DNA from: Balanoglossus misakiensis
Taxonomy: Eukaryota > Animalia > Hemichordata
DNA length: 64,000 nucleotides
NCBI GenBank assembly: GCA_040954595.2
Contig: CM082583.2
Span: forward strand, 12,059,351 to 12,123,350
Direction: 5' to 3'
Shown here: positions 1 through 13,400 of the stretch, piece after piece
Layout of the letters: each line of letters begins with the position of its first letter
How positions within the stretch are numbered: position 1 is the first letter of the stretch
Position numbers and translations under genes: made by a program
Notes under the pieces: generated by a model
Databases searched by the model: none
What the model was told of the DNA's origin: nothing
The model's input: the letters and a program-made list of their open reading frames with translations, nothing else

Positions 1-3000
1 GCTGCAGTTGACATCGTGCAGAAAGCTGGCGACCGAATCAGAGGCTTCTGGCACCGTGACTTGAAAGAGGACGTGAGTGAATTCGGGTCGCGCTGAATTC
101 GCAGCTTCGTTGGATATCTCAAAATGACTTCGCATATCGAACATTTTTGGGGGTTTTCAAAGATGGGGAGTGAAGTTCTCCCCGCAGCTGTTCATGAAGA
201 CAAGAAGTAGTCGCCTACTTGGACATTCGCATTGTCTGAATTAGTGATTACTGACAAATACAAGCCCCTCATTACGTTTCCCGACGAAATTGGCTCTGTA
301 CACACGAGACTGGAAAATCCAAAAACAATGCGACTCTCAAGTCAGAAATTGTCTGATTTTTTCCCAGATTTGTTTCTATTTTTGTTTCTGTAACTCGCCG
401 TTCTCCGTGGCAGCGGTCAATGCATGTACCCAAAATAACACGCGGTTGCCATGGTTATACATGGAAGAAAACAAGCATTGGTAATAACGTCTGAAACGGA
501 CGAATAAACTTCTCATCTGCGCTCGTTATTATGAAGCTGATACGTAATTTACGGCAGTTTCCGTCCACACTCGCTTTCTGAATCAGTAAATTGTACTTCG
601 TTACGGAACAAAAACACCGCCCTGTTCTCTCGAGGTCCCTCGCTGTCCAAATGTGAAATTCTGAAAGCCCGTGTTTATATATTTGTCCTTGGTGTTTAAC
701 GAGGAACTGAAATATATCATCATGACGAATTTCATCGAATCAAAAACAAACAGTAGTAAAATATCATCGATTTTTATAAATCTGCTCTGATCAGTGGATA
801 TATCCAGTGTACATTATCACCATTGCGGTGTTTTCGGGGGTGGCCGATAAAAAGTGTGAAGTCAGATATAAAACCCCATCTTATTTATTGATCTGTATTT
901 GCTTGCTATTTTTAGAGCTAAGGGGAAACTCTCCCCTGTCTATCCGACTGTCCATCTCTCTGTCTGTTTGTCTGACTCGCACGTGCATCTGTATACGAAG
1001 ATGCACTTGAATTATTAATGAGTACACGCCATCTCATAAATTTTTAATTATTAAAAAAACTCAGCTTAATTGCAGGTGTCAAGTATACGTTTCCCATCAG
1101 ATCTGGTCGCAAATTAAGGTGTATTTTGTGTATTTTTAATGTCACTGATGCGTCGTCGGTTTTTTTTGTCGTTGGTTGATGCTTCTAAATACTCTGAATG
1201 CCGGATCCAGAGTCGATCGTAGGAACGTCAATTACAGAACTGCTTCCTTCAAACATATCCCGACATTCTAATTTTAATGTTAACATTACATTTTGATTTA
1301 ATGGTGCAATAATCGATTGTTGTATCTACAAAGATGCGCAATTAATAAAATGTTAAATTAGTTCGACTAAAAATTAATACACGCTTTAAATCTGCTGCTG
1401 AATATTTCGTTTCCTCGACGGCTATTGCAGTTAAGGAAAGCATCATAATTGTGGAGTCGACTTTCCCGCCAGAAAGTCGGCCTATATACCGACGGAGTAT
1501 TTCCAGCTGTATCTTAAAAACCCTATTTTCTATCGCATATTTAGAATATTTACAGGGGCAGGAAAAACACACTCAGGCTCCTTCTCACCCGCGGGATTTG
1601 TAGTGAATATTCGAAATCACCCTATTCCGCTCGGAGGGCCCCCAATAATTCCGTATGTTCCGTTCGCCAGCTGTTTAACAAACACATCTGTTCCCAGGAT
1701 TCCGTGCGAATTGCATGTTCTGTTCTGTGCAAAGCGCGTCATTTGTCGTCCCCCGTAAATATCCCGAATTTAGAAGGCGATAGTTTATATATGCCAGTAC
1801 TTCAAATGGCAAACATGTGTTCTTGGGATAAGCGCGTGTGACTCATGGAGAAGGGGGGGGCGTAATGGAATAGGTTTATGTCGCCTTTGCTCTTGTGTGC
1901 CCTCTGAGGTCACTCCGAGCGAGAAAAAAAATACAAACAAACACTTCAGTTTCAACTTCAAGCGAAAAGTGAATGCCTGTGATGATTAATGGAACGACAA
2001 CGTTTGGCATAAATAGTGACATTTCGCATGTTTTCCCTTCCTCGTCCGTTCGAGGTGATGTTTATCTACAGTTTTGATAAAGTCCAGTGCAGTGCATGCA
2101 GAGTGTAGTGGCACTGTCGGGATGACCTACATAGAGCGCGTGACCGCCTCAACTTGTTTTTACTCACACTACGCCCGTCATGTTTTGCTTGGAACTCTCC
2201 ACACAGTCCGACCTGTCTAAATTTGAAGCTTTGCAGCGCCATATGGGTCTGAACTGTTACACGTACCCCAGTTCCATAATTTCTAACTGTCCCGACCCTT
2301 CAAAACGATGTCGTTCGTTGACGTTTCTTTGACTTTTCATTTATGGGCAACTTTTTAGTAAATACGTTCAAAGCAAATGAAAAGGTAGTTTTACTTGTCA
2401 GCGTATTTATGAAAAGAAATATTTTAAAAATAGTACACTGATGTATTTTTTAAATGGCACGATATGACACTGATTGTGTGTACGCGTGCGACAAAGATTA
2501 CAATTGAAAGGATAAGATCATCGTTCTAAGCCCGGACTTGGTTCATGACCGCGACGACATCGGCCGAGAACACTTACTGTGTATTAATATATTGGAAATA
2601 TGCGACTGTATGACAGTGAATACATATGCGAAGGTCTCGAGGCCCGGCACGGGTGATCTTTCCCGGCCCCGATACAGCATTTCTCCCCGCTGATCTATCC
2701 GCGCTGTAAAATGAAATTTCCCTTTTGACGCTGCTGGCATGGCATTTAGGGAGATACTCATTGAGAAGCAGTCACAAAGGGGGACAAAGCCGCTCGCCCA
2801 CGAACATGCACAAAAAAAACCGTGACGTCTCTGCGAAAACAGAACGATTCATAGTTTCCACTAGCAACAAAGGGTACAGATGTACCGCCATGCAGACCTC
2901 ATGCGCGTATAACTAGATTTTTCGGCGATGATCTCGGAATCGACGTGGGCGCGGCGATTTGGTCGACCAAAAGAGATGTTGCAAGGAAAGGTGAATTCTA

Positions 3001-4082
3001 TAGCGCAAAATGTGTGCTATTGAAGTAAGAAATGACATCTCGGGTGAGGTCAAGGGTCACCATGTGAATGTACGCGTCCTACCAGTGCATATCAAAGCTA
3101 TTGCTTGATGGAAACAATACGTTGATCATTGAATCGCCAGACATCCTGGCATAAACACCCACAAAAGGCTTTGAAAGGTTCATCTATTTTCAGACGCTAT
3201 GGGGAAAATGTTTGACGAATGACAATTAAATGCAGTTATTTTGTTCACAAATGAAATAAAGCACATTTATAGAGCGTAGGAGGGTGGAGCATAACAAGCA
3301 CCCACCATCCGGGCTACTTACATGTCCACCAAAATAGGACAAGAGGGTCATCGATATGTGATAGGGGAACGACTGTGCATAATAGGGGTAACAGACTGAC
3401 GCGTCTATCTCCCCCAAAATCACTACAACCCCAAAAGCATAACAATGGGGGAAAGCAACGCTGATTATGTCACAGTCCAACAAAACAAATCGATTATAGG
3501 CTTTGAAGCCAAACAGTAGTCTAAGTAAAACGGACAATGGGGGGAAACGAAAGTGTAAATCAAAGTTACCTGAATTTCACGTGCGTGGTACGCAATCACC
3601 AGTCCTACCAGCACGATAGATGACAAACTAATCAGCGACTTCAAAGCGATCGAATAGACAGAATCCTGGAGAGAGAAAAAAGACGAAAAAATATACCAAA
3701 AACAGGAACATGTGTCGGGTGAAGACTTCAATACGCAGTTATAATATTGACACGTAGAACATGTGACAGTTATTATTTTACCATATAGTTACAGAGAACA
3801 TGAAAGTTGTTATGAATTATTGAAATACTTACCCAACTGCATCAGTTTAAACAATTATTATTTTATTCTCTCGGTAGCTACGTTCGGTTAATTCGCTTTG
3901 TGTACGTGTGCCCTGTTCAACTGTGGTGCTTTTTCCCAGCGACCCACATCATTTATTTAGACCCAAACAGGAAATTTGCAAGAGGTGAAAAATGTGCGAC
4001 AGAAGCTTGTTTAATAAGAGTAGCGTCAACGCTCCGGGTAAGTGTTAGTTGTTTTTTTAGAAGCGAGCTCATTCGTTTGTAG

Positions 4083-4177
4083 TATGTGTGTGCTCTTGAG
4101 TATATGTGTGTATGCGTCTGTGTGTGTGCGCCCGTGTGTGCGTCCGTGTGTGTGTGAGTGTCCGCGTGTATATATAT
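4083..4177. repeat. Degenerate (TG)n microsatellite
   Basis: Interrupted tgtgtg/gtgtgcg runs are visible. Confidence 0.6.
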
Positions 4178-4523
4178 CTGAAATGTATATTTACTTTCAC
4201 TGCAACACCCGCACATGGAACCGTGACCTCAAGACTACATGTACAGTGTCGATCTTTTGTCTATTTCATATTCCGTGATCGCTTCAGTCCGCGTCAACGA
4301 AGGCACGCAGAAACTGACATTATCTAACAGTTATTGCTGTCAGTCAGACAAAGAAAGTAATGTTTGCTATGGACATATTAATGAGTCCCATACACAAATC
4401 CTATTAAGTCAGCTTTATATTACAGTTGAACACGACCTGTTGAACTCGTACGTATGTTAATAGCGATCGCGCCATGACAGTTAGCATCACGGCAACGCTG
4501 CAGCGTTCGTAATAACAACCTAC

Positions 4524-5234
4524 CTTTCCGTAAACAAAAAACGACAGCTCCGTTTCGATGATCATGACCACGATTCCGAACATTCCGATTATTAGCGCGT
4601 AGTCGCTTAGTCTTTTCCTCTTTTCGAACAGCGTCCTTCGAAGTCCCAGCCTGTAACTTACATGATGATTGCTACTGGTCTTCGACCTCCGTCTTTGATT
4701 TTCCGCGGCACATTTCGAGTCCTCGGAATTGCTGAAATTTGGGTTCGGAAGCTGACTGGAGTCCTTCGTTTCACACTCTTTCATGTCACTTTGATTCTGT
4801 ACACTCTCCGGGCTGCGTAAATGTCGAAAGCGTGCTATTGCCCCGTTAACTAGGACGGAATCTCGCGCTATTTCAGCGAACCTGTTTGGCCTTTCATTAT
4901 TATGTCCCGTGGTGGATAGATTGGGCACGCTTAAGCTCTCGCCCTCATAGCTGTCCGACGGGTCCAGGGTGCCACGAATTCCTTGGCTTGGTTTGTAGCG
5001 GATCGACGGAATTATAACATCGCGGTGATCACATGTACACTTTGGTTGCATTTCCAATGATTCGGCAGCTTCATAGTTCAGATCATTTACACCGCCCGAG
5101 TTCATTTTGCTTACTGCCGTCGACTGACAAGACGACCCAGCGCTGGGCTCCGTGCGATCAATTTGCTTAATTAGGTCTTCCGTGGAATCCATACGTTGAC
5201 TCTCATTGGCCGGCCCGACCACAACAATGGACAT
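4524..5234 (-). CDS. KCNN: Small-conductance Ca2+-activated K+ channel (SK/KCNN), first coding exon; remaining exons lie beyond the left edge
   Basis: Translation contains the conserved SK pre-S1/S1 stretch [42 protein letters not shown] at 5234; phase-0 donor AAG|GTAGGT after 4524 (237 codons). A candidate acceptor ctattttcag| at 5670 suggests upstream non-coding exon(s). Confidence 0.93.
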
Positions 5235-7343
5235 GATTGGTTAGCTGTCTTGTCAATTACATAGCCTCGCTGTGACTCATCTAATTAGAATTCGTTCGTA
5301 TTTTATTATTTCATCTTTTACAATATATTTTTCATCGTTTCCGTGTTCAGCGTTCCACAACTGTTCGATAAAACTGATGTAACCCAACTTTAAATTGCTA
5401 ATGTATAGGAATAACAATTTATATAGGTTCCGCAGCTCTGTGGAGATCACTTGCAGGCGAGTCAATATACTAAATGCACGATGTGTAAGAGCTTCCCCTC
5501 CATCGATATGTGCCACAATATCAATTATGCTCGCCAGCGATCTTACAACGTATTCCAAGTTAATTGATTCTATCCGTGGATAGCCATGTGCTGCAAAAAA
5601 TCAGCAACTGTCGATGGTCGTATCCACAAATCTATACGTCAATTCCACTCGTCAATGTTCGGTCAGAAACCTGAAAATAGAACGAGAAATCAAACACACT
5701 CAAAGGATTATCAAAGGTAAAATGACAAGAAAGAAAGGTGGCATTTTATGCATTTGTGACAGTGAGGATGACTTTGGCTTGTGCCGCTTCAGAGTGTTAA
5801 CCATGTTTCTGTTTGTTTCATTTTAGTTTAAAAAATTATAATTATGCTGTAATTGTACGTTTTCCTAGCTCTACTGCAGGAATTGTCGATTCGAACTCGC
5901 ATTTGCAATCGAGAAATAGAAAGACAAAGGAAACATTACACCTTTACCACGAGGGACTGAGCCACAAGGGAAATTATTGACCTCAACGTTACCTTGAAAA
6001 TATACCGAAGGTAATGTCACCAATAATAAGTGGAGGGAATTAGACGTAAAAAAAACACGTTTTAAATTAGTTATGAAATTAAGCTGTGACTATGTTATTC
6101 TGACAGTGGGTTAAGCTGTAATCAATTAAAGGCTCATTCCAATATCATATCGTTCAAAACTGAAAGCAAATTACCATCGAGGCGTTGATGGCCACCATAC
6201 GATGAAATTTTGTGGTCGCGGATTGATCTCATCTCAGTCAATATTGATTGTGATAATCGGTTGGTCATTTTGGGTGGGTGTTAAAAGCCATGGCAATTTC
6301 GTGGGCGTCGTAGAAAGTCAAGTATAAATTGACTCTGGGAAAATCGAAGCCGGGAAATTTATATGCCACTAACGTATTTAGAGAAATGGATCGATATCTG
6401 AATAATCGAGCATAACAGGCGAAAGAGGTGTCAAACCTCAATCCTGACTCAGTCCCTGATAACAGTAAACAAATGGTAATTGCCAGCACTTTTTTTCTTC
6501 GGATTTTTATGTCTAGTCTGTATTGATCGTTTTTTACACATACCATGATGCCAATCCTTGTAATGCCCAAACACAACATGAAACGCTAATTTGTTTTTTA
6601 TTACTACTATAAACAATTAGAATATATTGCCAGTGAGCGCCGCCAGACAGAAAACGTCTCACTTCACGCCACAAAGCTGGGACACTTTATTGTTCATTAT
6701 TTGGTGATGTTTACAATCTGCCGAGATGTACAGTGACGACATCAACACAAGAAAATTATGAGTGGCGTGTCTGTTTCTTTGTCACCAATCGACGTGTTTT
6801 CGCTACCAATTAAAGTTGACTAATACAGCAATCTCATCCGATTCAGTTGTGGGCAGATTACCAGAGACTTAACTTAAACATGGATTGGCGCTCAGGGTCA
6901 GACAGACAACAACGTTCATTCACATCACAGTGAAATATCAAAATAAACACTGTGAATGGGAATGCAGAGATTCTATTCTCGACTTGAACAGATCTCAAAT
7001 CCTTCTTTATATATACACACTAACAGTGTATGCTTCGAATTGAATGCGATTCGCTTAGTGCCGGGCCTCGATGGAGTTCTTTACGGTCACCTTTTACGAG
7101 TCATAATCTACGCGTTCAATTTGATGATGAATCACGCCCTCCATGAGAATAAAATCGTTTTTACGTGACCCCAAGTTGATCATACTCTAATCTCCTTGCC
7201 ATTTAGCATGTAACAGTGAAACACTCAGCTGTGCGCTTATGATCCAGATGGCTAGATGATTTTATTCAAGATCCTCAACTTAGTGTCAAGAGGTCTTGAA
7301 GAATGACAACGAAATGGGGAAGACAATTGTGCAAGGATGATTA

Positions 7344-7373
7344 TGGTGGTGGTGGTGGTGGTGGTGGTGGTGG

Positions 7374-7435
<62 letters not shown>
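7344..7435. repeat. Compound microsatellite (GGT)n(GAT)n
   Basis: About 10 GGT units followed directly by about 20 GAT units. Confidence 0.95.
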
Positions 7436-10400
7436 TCAAAAACTTGCACACATTTAATTGGAATAGCTTCACTGTCGAGTTTATTTCCATGATATAGTTC
7501 AAGGCACACAATCTAAGACACACTAACGACCTTTAATCACGTTCAAATAACTAGAATACATGAGCGGGCTAAAACTTATTTGGAATATTGATTTCCACTG
7601 AGACGTTAGCTGCACTGCATGATTCAACGACCGCGCTCTGTGCTTTTCTGTCTTTGCAAGCGACATGTCATCGTGTGTTCACAGTTAAAATGAGAAATGT
7701 AATTTCAATCTCATCACGTGATATTATGTGGTCTTCTCGGTCCGGTCTACGACATATACAACAAAATTACAGCATCAGCAACAACGAACAACGACACAAC
7801 TACAATTAACCCGTTTATATATCGAAGTAGGTGGGGTCTCGGGTTTATTTTGAGTGACCATTTGACCTGAAAACATGTCATAAACATTTCCCCATCTTAT
7901 ATGTGATGAGTTTAAAAATAATATCAAATACGTGAGATCCATACGAAATTGCAGGCACAATAAAAGGCGGGTCGATTTTGTTCATGAAACGTCCACAATA
8001 TATTTCTATTTTTGAAGCAGTTTTAATGTTGAAAACAAACCAATACTACCATGGTCAGTAGAAACGCTACTTATTTATTTATGTATTCATTTAATTTTAT
8101 TTAAACGCCGGTGTGGGGGTACATCGCATCCTTGGTAGTGCGATGAACTTTCGACCTGTGTACCAGGGTTGAGATTACTATGCAACCTTATGAAAGTAAC
8201 ACGTAACCTACTGATTATTAGTGGCAGTGTGTACCCATAGATTGTTTTGTTGCTTGTAGTTTTTTTTGACGGGGGAACTGTTGGAAAAACCTTTGGAACA
8301 AATATAATGGCAACGAATCGGCCAATGTTCGCATGGACCTTATCAACGACTTTTGTTCTTGGTGTGCAAGGCGGCAACTACTAGCAATAGTTACTTCGAG
8401 AAATCCACCATGAGCAAACATCAAACCACATACATTCGCTTAGAGCGAAGGTTAGCTTGGTTTGAACTGCAGGATCATTGGAGACGACACTTCTTAATGA
8501 CTTTTATATGTAATGGCAATGGAATCTGCTTACGGCATTTCTGACAACGAGTCTCCAGGATATGCCTGAATAAACGCTTCCTCCGCCAACAAACACGCGC
8601 TACTCAGCTGCGTTTACGCGCCATTTCCGATGCCTCTACAGACAAGTGAAAAGTAAACGAGAGTCGCTCTTCAAGATTAAACCTCAGTGAAGTCTGAACT
8701 GTAAACTAAATTTCGATATTTTTTACACATTTCTTTCCATGATAACCACGGAAAAGTACTTTACATCCAAGGCAAGAAAGTCGCCATTAAAGTCGCCGGT
8801 GTCCTCAAGATTTGTTGATAACATATTGACTAATTTGCATAATAACAATATCAGTTATTGTTATTTAATAAATTCCTGTTGTTTTCCAAAAAATAAAGCA
8901 TAGGGGCCCCTACTCTATAACTGCTCAGGAGAGAACACTGGTCACGTTGGCCTTTGCTGAAAACATAGAACCACTAATTCAACGTCTTTTTTCGAAGCGG
9001 ATGTAGTAAAACACAAACTCTCAAGAGGCACCAAGGAAGTTCGCTGAGGTCAACCAAAGGTCACCCGGTCATGCGCAGAAACACGCAGCTTCTCTGCATA
9101 TCCATCCGAGAGAAGATGCGGCTCCCGATATCTGTCTTGTATTGAAATCCAACGGAAACCTTCTCTGTGTACACGCCTGACCCTTTCTCCGAACCTTTCC
9201 CATTTAAAGTGATATTTTAAAATCCCAGCCGCAAGAAAACCACAATAGAGACCCATTTGCTACTTCCGCTAAGTACAGTATTTTCTCCGTGACACTCAGC
9301 TGCACACGCAGAATGGGAAAGTCGGGATCTGATTGTCCTCTCAAACATCACCTGCCGGCCACATCCGGGTGTTTTTTTTGTAATGCGTGTTTTCCCTGCA
9401 CAAATGATCACGCCAGGTACTGGATCTAAAAACCTTCAGGAAACTGCAATGGAATTAAGATACCGATAATGCCAATATATCGTTTTTAAGGCAAAAAATG
9501 AAAACAACAACTCAAATTTGCTTTGCATCAAATGCAGTCTCGGTTGTTTACTGGTAAAGTCCGATGTTTTAAATGTTATGTTTAATTACATGTCACTCTC
9601 ACCTGCAGCGTAGATGACAGGCAATACACCGGAGAAATCAACGGAGAAAATAACACAGGCATACTACACGTCAACACACGGTCACGTTAACACTGTTTAT
9701 TTATTGGCCTTTGCAGCGATACAGCAACCTTGTGAAGTGAAGCTAGCGGAGGTGATAATTTGTTTCATTAAACATTTTGTAACAAGCGGGGAAAAACAAA
9801 ACCTTGAAAGTCGACCAGAAAAAAAATAATTATTCCATTAATGGGGAAGGTTATGGCGAATTGAAGACAACAGCGTTCTTTATTTTAATTACGCAGCCGT
9901 TGATAACACGTTCAGCTTTCATCGGTTATATTCGCTTCACCGAGTCTGCACTGTTTGTAAAGAGATTGCCTGTATAGTGATCGCCAGGGAATTTTTCCCC
10001 GCCAAATGTTCTGATGTCTACCACGATGACGCTTCTCCGTTATTCCCAAATCGTCACTTAGTATTTGTAGGTCCATGGGGCGTGTATATGCACGTGTTAT
10101 TGCACTCTCAGACCATGTATGATAGGATGTCCAACCCTGGAGTCGATGCATTGACCTTGATTAACAGGCAAAGTGGTATAATAAGCATTGGCGTGGTTCG
10201 CTCACAATTATTTTCAGCCTCTCAAAAATACAGGCATCCTTCTCGGCTGTAAGAATAACTATGACAAATTGCAAACAAATGCGCTAAAAAATGTGAGTTG
10301 AAAACACTCAGAAAGATTCGAAAATGCCAGGGGTACTTTATATCCTGCCTGTTGATTTATTTACATGAATATAAACAACACCAAGTATTCAATCATGTAT

Positions 10401-13400
10401 TCAACACGGTCGTGTTTCGCATAATAATCGTCTAAGGCTGTACGCTGTAAGTCAAAGTAACCCGCCGCGTTGATTGGTTAACTTGTAGAACATACACGAT
10501 GATGACACAGTAGCTCTGGACGCGACATGAGTGAGCGGGAGTTAATTTTTTTATAATACGACATCATAGTGAAATTAATTTCTCATAGTCAGAATTGATT
10601 TTCCTAAGTATCTGAATGGGGCTGAACATGTGATTAGCACAAGCAATCCAAAGAATGTCGACTCTGGTGGCAACAAACTTGGTCTTTTGCTACGTGTAGT
10701 ATCTCATGTACAGGGGAGAGTCACAAACGAATTCGCTGACTCACGCAAAAACGGTCGTGACGTCAAAGCTATTCTAAATAATAATAGATTTTTAGGACCA
10801 TTGAGCAAAGAATTATTGTTGCCACTAGTTTACAGTACTGTGCATTCCCATAAAAACGGAGAACTACGTGACACATTGCCGCGGGTCAGTCTCTTGATGT
10901 TCTACAAAAATATCGGTAAAAATAACAACCTCAAGCGGTCCGGGTGACAAACAATTTACAGTAAAAATGTTTAATAATCTCAAAAAGCCTCACCGTTATT
11001 TCTGTCCGCGGTAATACACTAACTAAGCAATGCACAATGAAGTCGTAATCAGCTAGATATGGCTGCATAAACGAGCCCATATAACATTTTATTTCTATAT
11101 TTATCGCAAAGCTAGCGCTCAGCTAGTAATAACGTGAATAAGAAAGCTTCTCATGAGGTCAGTGACTTTGAGGTCGACCCATCCACTACCAAAACTTGAT
11201 GAATTCGATGCGCGGCGGTGAGTCGGCAGAAATACTCAAGGTGATTCGGCTCCCATCGCGTACAATGTGCGTGCGGATGAATACGCTCGTAAAATTTCAT
11301 TTCTGGGTCAACTAATTAAGGTGAGGTGGTTTGCAGCAAATAAGTAATAGCTTTAGTAATTTCGAAAATAGCGAACACCGCCATATTTCCCGGTAGATTC
11401 GTGCCCACTTCCATCCAAAGGTCGATGGTCTACATTTCGAATCGAGGTTACTTCAGGTTGGCTACCTGCGTTTGATGTCATTATCACGGGCACAATCTTC
11501 GAGACTTGTGTAAACAGTCGACAATACCATGACGTGCATTTTTTTATTCTTAAAAATGTATGCAGCTCCAGAGCGTATGTTTTTGGTGCAACATATTGCT
11601 GGGGACATCCCTATCAGTCACTGTTTAACACTTTGAGTATAACTATCCCATGGCCAATAGCTGCAAAGAAATATCAAAACCAACCTCTATAAGCCTCTAC
11701 CATGACGGTATACGTACAGGTGTTTTGAAGAGTCCCAATGACCTTTCACATTTTGATAAGAGTAATTAGATGTGTGCAGAAGTCACAAATGCCACGAAAC
11801 AAGAACAAAAAAACCTCCGAGACATCTGTTGTCTGCGTTTGACAATGCAATGCAACAAAACAAGCCCCAGCTGTCATCATTAATTTCATTTAACGAACAA
11901 ACAACACCACGTGGGTGCATTAATTAAATACGTGTGGCCGTGCGTCGCAGAGGGCAAAACAAAGGAAACCGCATAAGTTTTTAAAATAAACGTAACCAAT
12001 ATCCAAGCTGCAAGCAAAGTTAATAATCTTAATTAATTAGCTGTAGTAGAAGTGTATATTATTGGGAAGGGGAGAAAAATAGAGCGACAAAGAGACAGAG
12101 CGAGAGGGAGAGAGAGAGGGGGGGCGGCGATGGGGAAGGGAGAGAGTGCATGTATACGTGCATTTCTTAACTACAAACGAGATTTAATTATGCATATTAA
12201 AAATACAACTGCGGTGCAGCTAGCATCAGGTGCGCCTTTTGCGTTGAAGTAGGCTAATCATCACATCATCACGGAGACAGCAGGTTGCATTAATGTCATG
12301 CTAATAGAGATGAGCTACGTACATGTACATGTATATATGGGGGGCTGTGGGTTTACCTTACATAGCATGAGAGGTCATTTTGTCTGCATGGCGTACCTCG
12401 AAGTTTTGCTTGTCAGCAGCGTCATTTGCGTCATTACCGCTGAGACAGTTGACCAATAGCAACTCCTTTCTCATATGGTCAAAGTTTAGCAGCGTTTAAT
12501 AGTTTCGCTGACTTTTTGTGTGTGATATTACATGCGCAATAATAATATTGCAGAAGACCTGCCTTATCAACATGTCTGATAGCAACTAGAATATGGTGTT
12601 CTTCATAAACATGAATACTTCCTCAAGTGATATTTGCACCTCTCATGTGGTATATGTAAACAAATCGAAACTGACAGAATCCCACTCATACTGATTGCAG
12701 CAGCAAAGCGCTATCGGAAAATCCGGCGGGAAAAGGATAGTTTTATTTTCCCTTGAACGGAACAACTTCACAACTCGGGGGAAATGTAAATGGGGCGGGG
12801 TTTACCGTGTTCGTGTGCACGGTTGGATTGACTTCGATTAACCCGGGCGGAATACTAGCGTTTGTTTGGCAAAAGCTTGTACAAACTTGACTTTGCGGTT
12901 GGACGGATGCAATTATGGAAAGTGTTTAATCAACATTGACCGCGAACGCTCGTTTAATAGGAGCTCGCTCAGAAAATCGTGTTTGTATCGATCGACTCAA
13001 TGGATGGACGTCATCGCTACTGTCAGTCGCACGCGAGTTTATTTTTTCTTTTTCACGTTTCTGATCAAGGACAGGCGACCAATTCCGTCACGTTTCATAA
13101 ATACACATGTACAGCATCAACAGCAGACGCAAGCACACCAACTATCCTCCGTGTTGACACATATGATTCAGGGTCATGATGACAATCAGACCATTCATCA
13201 AAAAAACATGAATCAAAAATGAGCGTCGATACTCGCTCACACCAGCCTCCCCCGCTTGCCCCGATTGATAATTTTAAAAGATGATTATATTCCGAACAGT
13301 TCAATGCCGGCGAGTGCGCAAGCCATCACGAAAGAACTTAATATTCATTGAGCAAACAGACGATGCGGAAGATCTCTGATGATACTGACACAAACAAGGT

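Noticed and set aside
7252-7523. Poly-Gly/Asp, poly-Ile/Thr and poly-Ser/Pro ORFs
   Set aside because: Translations of the (GGT)n(GAT)n microsatellite.
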